Shown: piece after piece, positions 1 through 8,002 of the stretch | Layout of the letters: each line of letters begins with the position of its first letter | Position numbering within the stretch: position 1 is the stretch's first letter | DNA from: Kosmotogales bacterium | Lineage (GTDB): Bacteria; Thermotogota; Thermotogae; Petrotogales; Kosmotogaceae | Assembly: GCA_030156385.1 (NCBI GenBank) | Contig: JASGMR010000003.1 | Span: forward strand, 250 to 64,249 | Length of the DNA: 64,000 nucleotides | Direction: 5' to 3' | Position numbers and translations under genes: made by a program | Notes under the pieces: model-generated | What the model saw: only the letters and a program-made list of their open reading frames with translations | Databases searched by the model: none | Told to the model about the DNA's origin: nothing

Positions 1-993
1 AAAACACTGACATCAAAGGGGAAGACCATTATATTTATTACACATAAATTGAACGAAGTGAAAGAAATTGCCGATAGAATAACGGTGACCAGAAGGGGAA
101 AGGTCGTCGGTACTGCCGATGTGAAAGATATCACGGAGTTGGAAATGTCGAGAATGACGGTCGGAAGGGATGTTGAAATGTCCATAGACAAAGATAAGAT
201 CAATCCCGGAGAAAAAATTCTTCAGGTGAAGGATCTGAGCTATATCAGAAATGATGGTGTGATTGCAGTAAAAAATATTTCCTTTTCCCTTAGAAAAGGA
301 GAAATTCTGGGTGTTGCGGGTGTGGAAGGGAACGGTCAAACTGAACTGGTCAGGATGATTACAGGTATTTCCGAAAGGGATTCCGGCGAAATAGTCATCG
401 ATGATATTACCGTTCCGAAAAAAACTGATCCGGGCTTTTGCAGAAATGCCGGGTTGAGCCATATTCCCGCCGACAGAATGGAAAGAGGTGTTGCTTCAAA
501 TTCTTCAATAGAATCGAATATTATAAGTGATAGATTCAAAAGAGAACCATATTCAAAAAAGGGAATATTGAACAGGAAAGTCATCAGCAAATTCGGCGAA
601 AAGATGATTAAAGAATTCGACATAAGAACTGATAGCGCAAAAACAGAAATTAATATGCTTTCCGGGGGGAATATTCAAAAAGTGGTTGTGGCCAGAGAAT
701 TCACCTCGGATTCAAAAATTACCATTGCCGACCAGCCAACGAGAGGTATTGACGTGGCGGCGGCTGACTTTATAAGAAGAAGACTGGTAAAAGAAAGAGA
801 ACAGGGATTAGCGGTCTTACTCGTATCGGCAGACCTGACGGAATTATTGGAAGTGGCGGACAGAATAATTGTACTGTTTAAAGGAGAAATTGTTGCTCAC
901 TTTGAAGATGTGTCCGGATTAAATGAAAATATACTCGGAGAATATATGCTGGGAATTAAAAAAATGTCGGAAGACGAAATGGGTGATTTATAA
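1..993 (+). CDS. ABC transporter ATP-binding protein, C-terminal part (5' end outside window), duplicated-NBD BMP/nucleoside-sugar type
   Basis: Frame open from nt 1 (KTLTSKGKTIIFITHKLNEV). Second NBD has GVEGNGQT, signature LSGGNIQK and Walker B LLVSAD. TAATG overlap with the next permease gene. Confidence 0.85.
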   Translation, partial: KTLTSKGKTIIFITHKLNEVKEIADRITVTRRGKVVGTADVKDITELEMSRMTVGRDVEMSIDKDKINPGEKILQVKDLSYIRNDGVIAVKNISFSLRKGEILGVAGVEGNGQTELVRMITGISERDSGEIVIDDITVPKKTDPGFCRNAGLSHIPADRMERGVASNSSIESNIISDRFKREPYSKKGILNRKVISKFGEKMIKEFDIRTDSAKTEINMLSGGNIQKVVVAREFTSDSKITIADQPTRGIDVAAADFIRRRLVKEREQGLAVLLVSADLTELLEVADRIIVLFKGEIVAHFEDVSGLNENILGEYMLGIKKMSEDEMGDL

Positions 994-2153
994 TGAAAGC
1001 CAACAACAGATTCACTATTTATAGAATAGGAATAGCAATTGGTATAGCATTGTTGATAGGTTATATCATAGTTTTTATTTCCAGTATTCCGTCTGGCGAT
1101 ATAGCTTTCTGGGATAAAATGAAAGAAGCATTTGATTCCGCAAATGAAGCTTACAGATATTTTCTGACCGGCACAGTTGTTAAGTGGAGATCATCAGGAG
1201 CGGCTTTTAACCAGAGCGGATTTATACAGTGGATGAATGAATCCGTTCCCATAATTATCACCGGCTTGGCAATTTCTATGGTATTTTCAGCCAAGCAATT
1301 CAATATAGGAGCAGAAGGACAAATGTTTTTAGGTGCTGCGGTAGCAACGGCGGTCGGTATATATTTTCCCGGTATTCCATTTATATCAACGGTGGTCGTA
1401 ATAGTCGTTGCAATGCTTGCAGGTGCTGGATTTGCCGTGATACCCGGGTTTTTAAAAGCGAAATTAAAAGCCTCGGAACTGGTCACTTCCCTCATGTTGA
1501 ACTATGTGGCATTTTTTATGGGACTTTTCATAATAAAAACGTTTTTAAGGGATACTGAAGCGGGTTCTCTCGTTTCACTACCTTTTCAGGAAGGTTCTAT
1601 GCTACCGCTTTTAAACGAAAGATATAAATGGCATATTGGAATTTTTATAGCTATAGGGATCACGATTTTCGTGTGGTTTCTTATGAAAAAGACCACATGG
1701 GGATATAAAGTCAGAATGATAGGTGACAATCAGGATTTTGCCGAATACTCCGGGATAAATTCTTCAAAAATGATATTTCAGGTTCAGGTGGCATCGGGCG
1801 CTGTTGCTGGATCGGCGGGTATAATTGAACTTCTGGGATATCACGGAAGATTTTTATGGTTGTATTCCCCCGGATATGGGTGGGATGGAATAATAATCGC
1901 AACCTTAGCCAGAAACAATCCTATTTTTGTGCCCGTGGCCGCTTTTTTCCTTTCTTACATAAGAGTGGGAGCGAAGATAATGGGCAGGTATACCGATATT
2001 GCTCCTGAGATTGTTTCTATTTTACAAGCGGTTATTATACTTCTGGTAACGGCAGAAGCATTTCTTTCAAAATGGAAGCAGAGATCTATTAATAAAGAAG
2101 CGACAAAATCAAACAAAGATCTATCTCTGGAACGAGTGGGTGAGGCAAAATGA
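993..2153 (+). CDS. ABC transporter permease (BMP/ribose-type branched permease family)
   Basis: 386-aa polytopic membrane protein following the ATPase. ATGA overlap with the next permease. Confidence 0.8.
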   Translation: MKANNRFTIYRIGIAIGIALLIGYIIVFISSIPSGDIAFWDKMKEAFDSANEAYRYFLTGTVVKWRSSGAAFNQSGFIQWMNESVPIIITGLAISMVFSAKQFNIGAEGQMFLGAAVATAVGIYFPGIPFISTVVVIVVAMLAGAGFAVIPGFLKAKLKASELVTSLMLNYVAFFMGLFIIKTFLRDTEAGSLVSLPFQEGSMLPLLNERYKWHIGIFIAIGITIFVWFLMKKTTWGYKVRMIGDNQDFAEYSGINSSKMIFQVQVASGAVAGSAGIIELLGYHGRFLWLYSPGYGWDGIIIATLARNNPIFVPVAAFFLSYIRVGAKIMGRYTDIAPEIVSILQAVIILLVTAEAFLSKWKQRSINKEATKSNKDLSLERVGEAK

Positions 2154-3064
2154 ACGATGCATTGAGAGGAATTTTTTCATGGGATTTTATTGCCGCGGGA
2201 ATCAGAGTAACTACTCCCATACTTCTCGCTGCTCTTGGAGCGTTGGTAGCGGAATCCGCTGGTACTCCGAATATTGCCCTGGAAGGAATCATGTTGATGT
2301 CTGCCTTTACCGGTGTAGTTGTCAGCGGATTCACTCAAAGTCTTTTTTTGGCGATAATTGCCGGTATTGCGGTTGGTATAGCAATGGCAAGTGCACTGGC
2401 TTATTTTGCTCTGAAACTTAAAACGGATATAATACTCGCTGCAATTGCTTTGAACATTTTTGCGAGTGGGGGCACAATATTTTTTCTCTCAATGTTAACG
2501 GGAGATAAAGGATCATCGGCTTCTGTAAATTCACTGATTATACCGAATATCGATATCCCTATTATTGAAAATATTCCCGTGCTTGGTGATATAGTCAGTG
2601 GCCATCACGCAATAACATATGTCGCGATAATTTTAATTTTTGTTGTTCAATATTTTTTGTATAAAACACCATTGGGATTGAGAATAAGAGCGGTTGGAGA
2701 AAATCCTCATGCTGCAGATTCGGTTGGGATTTCTGTCATCAAAACCAAGTTCATTGCACTTCTGATCAGCGGATTTCTGGCCAGTCTGGGTGGCCTTTTC
2801 CTATCTATGGGATATGTTTCATGGTTTGCAAGGGATATGACCGCAGGGAGGGGATGGATTGCTCTTGCCGCACAGGCATTGGGAGGTTTGAATGCATTTG
2901 GAGTGGCGGCCGGCGCATTTTTGTTTGGATTCACTGAGGCAGCATCCTATTCATTGCAATTCTTTAATATTCCGTATGAACTGACTCAATCATTACCGTT
3001 CGCCATAACGATAATAGTACTGGGATTTTATGCATGGAGAAAATTGAAAACAACGAAAAAATAG
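2150..3064 (+). CDS. ABC transporter permease (second subunit)
   Basis: 304-aa polytopic membrane protein, paralogous in style to the preceding permease. Last gene before the terminator. Confidence 0.8.
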   Translation: MNDALRGIFSWDFIAAGIRVTTPILLAALGALVAESAGTPNIALEGIMLMSAFTGVVVSGFTQSLFLAIIAGIAVGIAMASALAYFALKLKTDIILAAIALNIFASGGTIFFLSMLTGDKGSSASVNSLIIPNIDIPIIENIPVLGDIVSGHHAITYVAIILIFVVQYFLYKTPLGLRIRAVGENPHAADSVGISVIKTKFIALLISGFLASLGGLFLSMGYVSWFARDMTAGRGWIALAAQALGGLNAFGVAAGAFLFGFTEAASYSLQFFNIPYELTQSLPFAITIIVLGFYAWRKLKTTKK

Positions 3065-3072
3065 TTTGAAAT

Positions 3073-3103
3073 AAAAAGATCTGTTTAGAAGCAGATCTTT
3101 TTT
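3073..3103. terminator. Bidirectional rho-independent terminator
   Basis: Perfect 10-bp stem AAAAGATCTG / CAGATCTTTT (3074-3083 / 3092-3101) with an 8-nt loop. A/T runs on both sides. Lies between convergent genes. Confidence 0.75.
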
Positions 3104-3791
3104 AAACTCTTTCAAATCCTTTTATTTTCAGAATTTTATCTATTTCATCGGCAGAATTCAAAGTCAATATGAAAAAAGGAAAAATTATCGAAAAAAATTG
3201 TTTTATTTTTCCAAAAAAACCTGAGTTTTTTATGAATGCACCTCTGGCTTTTTGTGAGAGATAAATATTTTGAATTTCGATATTAAATATTGAAATGAAA
3301 TTCATGGAGAGAGAAAATATGAGGGATATTTTAAGAGAGTACTTACGGGAAATTTTAAAGAAGGTCATAATTTTCACTAAAGAATCGATCATCTGTATGG
3401 GAGTGGTTGTAGCTAAAAAGATCTGTATGAAAAGAATTGAAAATGCAAGTCTCAAAGATAAAGTAATGCCATTTAAAATACCTTCATAAGTGATATTCAG
3501 CCATCCCAGAGAATATAAGATCCTTCCATAACTGAAGAAGCTTTGAAATATAATTATGAATATAAATAAAATTATGAACAGCTTCAGACTTTTAAAATAC
3601 TCAAGGGGTCCAATTTTGGAAAGAAAAGACAACAGCAAGAATATTCCGAAAAAGATCATGAAAAACAGTATGCTGCTTAAAAAAAATGATGCTATAGAGA
3701 GTGAAATAAATAAAAAAACCTTATAGATTGGTTCAATATTGTGAAGAACTGAATTACGATATACATATCTTCCAAAAGGGAGTTTAAACAT
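3102..3791 (-). CDS. ecfT: ECF transporter transmembrane (T) component, EcfT/CbiQ family
   Basis: Multi-TM protein. N-terminal NSVLHNIEPIYK (S.LH..P..K motif) and C-terminal SQKARGAF (Ala-Arg-Gly signature). Start overlaps the queD stop by 8 nt. Confidence 0.7.
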   Translation of the reverse strand: MFKLPFGRYVYRNSVLHNIEPIYKVFLFISLSIASFFLSSILFFMIFFGIFLLLSFLSKIGPLEYFKSLKLFIILFIFIIIFQSFFSYGRILYSLGWLNITYEGILNGITLSLRLAFSILFIQIFLATTTPIQMIDSLVKIMTFFKISRKYSLKISLIFSLSMNFISIFNIEIQNIYLSQKARGAFIKNSGFFGKIKQFFSIIFPFFILTLNSADEIDKILKIKGFERV

Positions 3792-4161
3792 TTTTCTCTT
3801 TATATTTCACATAGTTATTTTCTGTTTCCCAAAGGGTGATCTCATGAAGTTTATAATTTGCCCCCGAAAGTTCATCTTTTAATTCTCCGTAAATCCACTG
3901 AGAAATATTTTCTGCGGTTGGTTGGGTAATAATATCGTTTATATATGCATGGTCCAACCTATCGAGGACTTTTCTCTTAACCACTTTTTTCACGAAGGAA
4001 AAATCAATGATCATATCCTCGTCATTTTTTTCTCCCGATATAGTCACTGCCAGTCTGTAAGTATGACCATGAAGCTTTTCACATTTTCCATGATATCTTA
4101 TCAGGTTATGAGCGGAATCAAATTTAAACTCTCTGGTTAAATAAAACAAGCGATCACCCAA
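3784..4161 (-). CDS. queD: 6-carboxy-5,6,7,8-tetrahydropterin synthase (QueD / PTPS family)
   Basis: FKFDSAHNL...HGKCEKLHGHTYRL motif pattern typical of QueD, about 120 aa. A TTG at 4149 with GGGTGA upstream is an alternative start. Confidence 0.85.
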   Translation of the reverse strand: MGDRLFYLTREFKFDSAHNLIRYHGKCEKLHGHTYRLAVTISGEKNDEDMIIDFSFVKKVVKRKVLDRLDHAYINDIITQPTAENISQWIYGELKDELSGANYKLHEITLWETENNYVKYKEKNV

Positions 4162-4169
4162 TCACAAAT

Positions 4170-4196
4170 TTCAAAATCGAAAAGGACGGTTTTGAA
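4170..4196 (-). terminator. Hairpin, probable operon-end terminator/attenuator
   Basis: 10-bp stem TTCAAAACCG / CGATTTTGAA (one G-U pair) with a 7-nt loop on the minus strand, followed by ATTTGTGATT. Lies 12 nt after the small ORF stop and just upstream of the queD SD. Confidence 0.4.
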
Positions 4197-4207
4197 TTGA
4201 TTTTAAA

Positions 4208-4354
4208 TTACGTAGAGAACATTTTCGGCTTTAATTTCTTTCTTTTTCTTTTGAAAAAGGCTATCCATTTCCCGATAAGACTAGCAATATTCAAAAAAAC
4301 ATATCCAATAGAAAAAACTATAATAATCAATATTATTTCAGGTTTACCGTCCAT
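4208..4354 (-). CDS. Small (48 aa) single-TM membrane protein, hypothetical
   Basis: Below the ORF-track cutoff. AAAGGAG 5 nt upstream of the ATG at 4354. Product MDGKPEIILIIIVFSIGYVFLNIASLIGKWIAFFKRKRKKLKPKMFST (hydrophobic helix plus basic tail). Directly follows the ABC ATPase gene. Confidence 0.3.
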   Translation of the reverse strand: MDGKPEIILIIIVFSIGYVFLNIASLIGKWIAFFKRKRKKLKPKMFST

Positions 4355-4367
4355 GTGTACTCCTTTA

Positions 4368-5186
4368 TTAAATGGTGAAGGGATCAAATTTTTTCTGGTT
4401 TTTCAAATATCCAAGTACTATATTATTAAAAGTTGCGTAATTTCCAATCTCTTCATCTGTTTTTACGAGAATTTTATCACCAGCATTACCTATAATTACT
4501 GAATTTTCAGGTATACTATCCCCGCGTTCTACAACTCGATGTTTTTCCTTTGCCTCATCCATTGTATCCGCATAAATTATTTTTCCCTCATATATTATAG
4601 CAAATGCAGAGGCAATTTCTTCAAGTTCATATATCTCATGCGATGAAATTATTATCGTTTTTCTTTCTTTTAACGAAAAATTCTTCAAAACGTCCATAAC
4701 TTCCTGTCTTATCACCGGATCCAGATTTTGAGTTGGCTCGTCCAGAATTAAAAGATCGGAATCAGTGGAGAGTGACAAAGCCATTTGTAATAATGTTTTC
4801 ATTCCCATAGAGTAGTTATCAACTTTTTCTGATAATGGAAATTTATAATGATTCAGAAAACTTGAAAAAATCTCTTCGCTCCAATTCGGATATAACATTT
4901 TCCATAATTTGACGTAATCGGTACCCTTGAATCTTTTAAAAACGAGTCTGTCTTCTGTTATTACCGCTATTCTTTTCTTTATTGATGAATTTAAATCGGA
5001 ATCAAAGATTTTTATTGATCCGCTATCCGGCTGGAGATCACCGAAAAGACATCTCAGAGTTGTTGTCTTTCCGGCTCCGTTGGGACCGACCAACGCGAAT
5101 ATATCCCCCTCTTTCACGCTAAAAGAAATATCGTTTAATATGTTTTTTTCTCCAAAATTTTTTACGAGCCTGTCTATTTTAATCAT
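4368..5186 (-). CDS. ABC transporter ATP-binding protein (ABC-2/YtrB-like)
   Basis: Walker A GPNGAGKTT, Walker B LLILDEPT. GGGAGTG RBS. 4-nt overlap with the upstream membrane gene. Confidence 0.85.
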   Translation of the reverse strand: MIKIDRLVKNFGEKNILNDISFSVKEGDIFALVGPNGAGKTTTLRCLFGDLQPDSGSIKIFDSDLNSSIKKRIAVITEDRLVFKRFKGTDYVKLWKMLYPNWSEEIFSSFLNHYKFPLSEKVDNYSMGMKTLLQMALSLSTDSDLLILDEPTQNLDPVIRQEVMDVLKNFSLKERKTIIISSHEIYELEEIASAFAIIYEGKIIYADTMDEAKEKHRVVERGDSIPENSVIIGNAGDKILVKTDEEIGNYATFNNIVLGYLKNQKKFDPFTI

Positions 5187-5749
5187 TTTTTCACTCCCTT
5201 TTTAACAAATACGTAGAAAGCTATTATCAACAGTACCACAGCCGTTCCCAGTGCAGTGAATATGTTTTTTTGATGAATGGGGCTTATATAACTGAAAGGA
5301 TTGATATTCATATTACCCACGCCTCCGATAATCAAATCTGCCAGGAAAATTAAAAATGGAATTCCAAAATTATCGAGACCGAAGGATGTGCAGATAACTG
5401 CAATTGAGTAATAGGCCGTTGCAAAAATCAATGAACCTGTGAGAAAAACACCGGCTGAATAATAATTTATGTTAAACCATGCCGATGAGATTATTTCTGT
5501 GATCGTTGTTAGAATTATCAGTAAAAAATATGAGTTAAAGAACAGATCATTCCTGGTGAATGGTAAGGCCAGTAGAGCTGTAATTTTTTTGTTATGTATA
5601 TCCAGTGGTAATAAACTCACAATTGTGAGAAATATGAATATAATTCTTACCGGGTAAACCGGTATGAACAGACCAAGTGAGAATACTGCCAATCTTCCAG
5701 CTTTTTCACTGAATTCCTTTAAAAGATAACCTTCGAATTTATTTAACAT
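5183..5749 (-). CDS. Integral membrane protein, probable ABC-2 type permease partner
   Basis: 188 aa, about 5-6 TM helices. Sandwiched by overlaps between the GntR and ABC ATPase genes. Confidence 0.55.
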   Translation of the reverse strand: MLNKFEGYLLKEFSEKAGRLAVFSLGLFIPVYPVRIIFIFLTIVSLLPLDIHNKKITALLALPFTRNDLFFNSYFLLIILTTITEIISSAWFNINYYSAGVFLTGSLIFATAYYSIAVICTSFGLDNFGIPFLIFLADLIIGGVGNMNINPFSYISPIHQKNIFTALGTAVVLLIIAFYVFVKKGVKK

Positions 5750-6098
5750 TTTTCCATACCTCCTCTATTAAAAGTTTCATCATACCAAGGCTCAACCCGT
5801 CTTTTTTTGCCTTTTCTATTGATTTCTTGAGTTCGCCTATTATTGAAAAATCTATATTTTGGGTGACTGTTATAAAGTATCCTACTCCATGTTCCGCTCT
5901 TATCACTTCTTCTCCCTGAAGTTTTTCGAGTGCTCTTATGACAGTGTTCATATTAACCTTGAATATTTTTGCCAATTCTCTAACCGGGGGAAGTTGGTCA
6001 TCGCTTTTGAGTCTTCCGAGTAATATTTCTTTTTTTATCACATTCATTATCTGAATGTACGCGGGTACCCCTATATGTTTTTCCACAGAATTTAGCAT
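5739..6098 (-). CDS. GntR family transcriptional regulator, short YtrA-like subfamily
   Basis: 119 aa. N-terminal wHTH (LPPVRELAKIFKVNMNTVIRALEKL) and a short helical C-terminus. Context is GntR + ABC + membrane genes. Confidence 0.8.
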   Translation of the reverse strand: MLNSVEKHIGVPAYIQIMNVIKKEILLGRLKSDDQLPPVRELAKIFKVNMNTVIRALEKLQGEEVIRAEHGVGYFITVTQNIDFSIIGELKKSIEKAKKDGLSLGMMKLLIEEVWKNVK

Positions 6099-6121
6099 TT
6101 CATCATCTCCATTCTCCGGTT

Positions 6122-7102
6122 TTATTTTGCTATGACAGATATTTTAGCCTTCCCCGAAGTAGAATATGTCAATTGATTGTTGGGACCGGAATCATATGTG
6201 ATATTCAGATTTCCAATACTTGCTGTTATATCCAGATATCTTTCACCATCCCAATTATCGATATAATCGATGCTTCCGGATATAATTGAAGAATTTATTT
6301 TAAAATTATCAGCATTCATTACATCGATAGAAAGGTTTGAAACTGAACCATTGATTTCGAGTTTTTTTGTAGAATAAGTACCGCTCAAATTGGCAACCGA
6401 CCCCGAAATATTGATTGAATTCGGTGAATCCAGATCGTTGTTGATATTTATTACCGATCCGTTCAGTATCATAGTGTCTTCTGAAATTAGATTCCCATTT
6501 ACATTTATAACAGAACTGTATATTTTGAAATCTTTGGCATTAAAATCATCGACGATGGATATTACAGAGGTATCAGCGTAAAATAATTCGAATTGAACAC
6601 TGCCGTCCACAATTATTTCGGCGGTTCTGTTATTGTAATTATTTCTGAATGTTATGCCATTTTCAGTTTGATTGAATTCTATACTGTCAGGGAACGAGAT
6701 CATTCCATCATTTTCTTTTTTGGAAATTTTAAATGATGTGCCATAAAGATATATTTTTGGTTTCCACTCTGTTTCATAGTTTGCTTCCATCAGACTCATT
6801 TTGGAAGAATCATTCATATTTGCCAAAAAAGGAATGAAAAAACCAAAATCATAATTGAAAAATTCGTTTATTTCTGGTATGAAATTCGAAGTTATCATTA
6901 TTCCCATAACGGATAGAGTAATGATCGTACCTACGAGAATGATCAACCATGAAAATTTTCTGAATGATAACGCAAAGAAAATCACTGCAAGAAAAGCCAA
7001 GCCGATTTTTATTCCCCATATTGGTACAATGAAAGCAATTAGAGCCAGTACCAGTGCTATCGCTATTTTGAATAAAACGTGATATTTTTTCAACTTATTC
7101 AC
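6122..7102 (-). CDS. Membrane-anchored beta-helix-like protein (DUF4097/LiaG-like putative adhesin domain)
   Basis: Three N-terminal TM helices, then repetitive NGSV..IN / SGSV.NLS strands. A TTG at 7093 (GGAGG 8 nt upstream) is a likely alternative start. Confidence 0.55.
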   Translation of the reverse strand: MNKLKKYHVLFKIAIALVLALIAFIVPIWGIKIGLAFLAVIFFALSFRKFSWLIILVGTIITLSVMGIMITSNFIPEINEFFNYDFGFFIPFLANMNDSSKMSLMEANYETEWKPKIYLYGTSFKISKKENDGMISFPDSIEFNQTENGITFRNNYNNRTAEIIVDGSVQFELFYADTSVISIVDDFNAKDFKIYSSVINVNGNLISEDTMILNGSVININNDLDSPNSINISGSVANLSGTYSTKKLEINGSVSNLSIDVMNADNFKINSSIISGSIDYIDNWDGERYLDITASIGNLNITYDSGPNNQLTYSTSGKAKISVIAK

Positions 7103-7109
7103 CTCCGGA

Positions 7110-7223
7110 TTAAAATGTTATCACTGTCTTTTTCTTTTTTAAAGAGAATATGCTTACAATGAATGAGTATAAAGACATAATTAATTTATAAAATTTGTTT
7201 AAAAATACCGAACGATGTTTCAT
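7110..7223 (-). CDS. Small (37 aa) hypothetical membrane peptide, first ORF of the operon
   Basis: GAGGAG 6 nt upstream of the ATG at 7223. Product MKHRSVFLNKFYKLIMSLYSFIVSIFSLKKKKTVITF. Stops 8 nt before the next gene. Confidence 0.25.
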   Translation of the reverse strand: MKHRSVFLNKFYKLIMSLYSFIVSIFSLKKKKTVITF

Positions 7224-7249
7224 GGTCATCTCCTCAACTACTATACTAT

Positions 7250-7289
7250 TGTTCTATATAATTAGAACACTATAACGAAAAAAAGTCAA
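7250..7289 (-). promoter_or_regulatory. Sigma70-type promoter overlapped by a palindromic operator (candidate GntR/YtrA autoregulation site)
   Basis: Minus strand reads TTGACT (7289-7284), 17 nt, TGtTCTAAT (-10 at 7266-7261, with extended TG). Inverted repeat TGTTCTA-N6-TAGAACA at 7250-7269 overlaps the -10 and fits the generic GntR GT..AC palindrome. Confidence 0.45.
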
Positions 7290-7628
7290 GCCCCCTCAGA
7301 AAAATTTTTTACTATACTTAAGATTTCCTGAAAAACCAATAATTTACAACTAATTGGATACAAATTATCATTGATTTGCATTTTATTTTTGAAATTGTTT
7401 ATTTTAAGTATTTTTCTTCGAAAATCTTGTTAATTTGAAAATTGAAAAAACAATGCATTAAATGAATCACGTTTCTAAACTTCTTAGTTTAAGTAATTCG
7501 ATTTCATTCGGATTTTTTTAACACCAGTTATCACAATCCCTTGGGTTGTCTGACTTTCTGTTATCAAAAATCTATTATTATTGGATATCATAGGTTGCGC
7601 TTGATTGGCTATTCGATGGGGTAACATT

Positions 7629-7931
7629 TTAATGCAAGCATTCTACGACGTGAATCGACATATTTATTTTTACATGGAACAAAGGGTTATGAATTTCGTC
7701 GGGCGCAGTAGTGTTCATGTTATAAGCTGTATATATCATTTTCTGAACATATGCATCTCCTCCACAGAAGATATTGACATTGCAGATCAAATCCACCTAA
7801 TCGTTCAACTCGGATATCGGAAATTCCCATTCTGGCTGCTGTGTATTAAAGAAATCATTTTACCATCAACGAACTGCAACTCTGCGCGGGCAGGTATCCA
7901 TATTGAATTTGCAGGATATGATTTTTCCCAT
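7629..7931 (-). pseudogene. Decayed gene remnant downstream of the histidine kinase (unidentified family)
   Basis: GAGG RBS plus ATG at 7931 gives MGKIISCKFNMDTCPRRVAVR*. Reading continues in shifted frames (FVDGKMISLIHSSQNGNFRYPS*, then VDLICNVNIFCGGDAYVQKMIYTAYNMNTTAPDEIHNPLFHVKINMSIHVVECLH*). Coding-like sequence broken by frameshifts/stops. Confidence 0.25.
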
Positions 7932-8002
7932 AGCTTTACCTCAATGGTTATATGCATTTTTCTTTATCAACGTATTTATCACCTTGTAGTATTCCCTGCA
8001 AT

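Noticed and set aside
2140-2421. Overlapping alternative-frame ORFs at gene junctions (2140-2421 +, 55558-55767 +, 11811-12047 -)
   Set aside because: They are out-of-frame read-throughs of real genes with implausible Cys/Arg/Ser-rich products and no independent translation signals.
4162-4260. preQ1 riboswitch upstream of queD
   Set aside because: The upstream sequence lacks the small P1 stem, the conserved CCC and the A-rich tail-AAGG organisation of preQ1-I aptamers. The hairpin at 4170-4196 is better explained as the terminator of the preceding operon.
4197-4502. 101-aa plus-strand ORF between queD and the ABC ATPase
   Set aside because: It lies antisense to the ABC ATPase 3' end and to the RBS-supported 48-aa minus-strand ORF. 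The product is a phenylalanine/isoleucine-rich AT-translation artefact.
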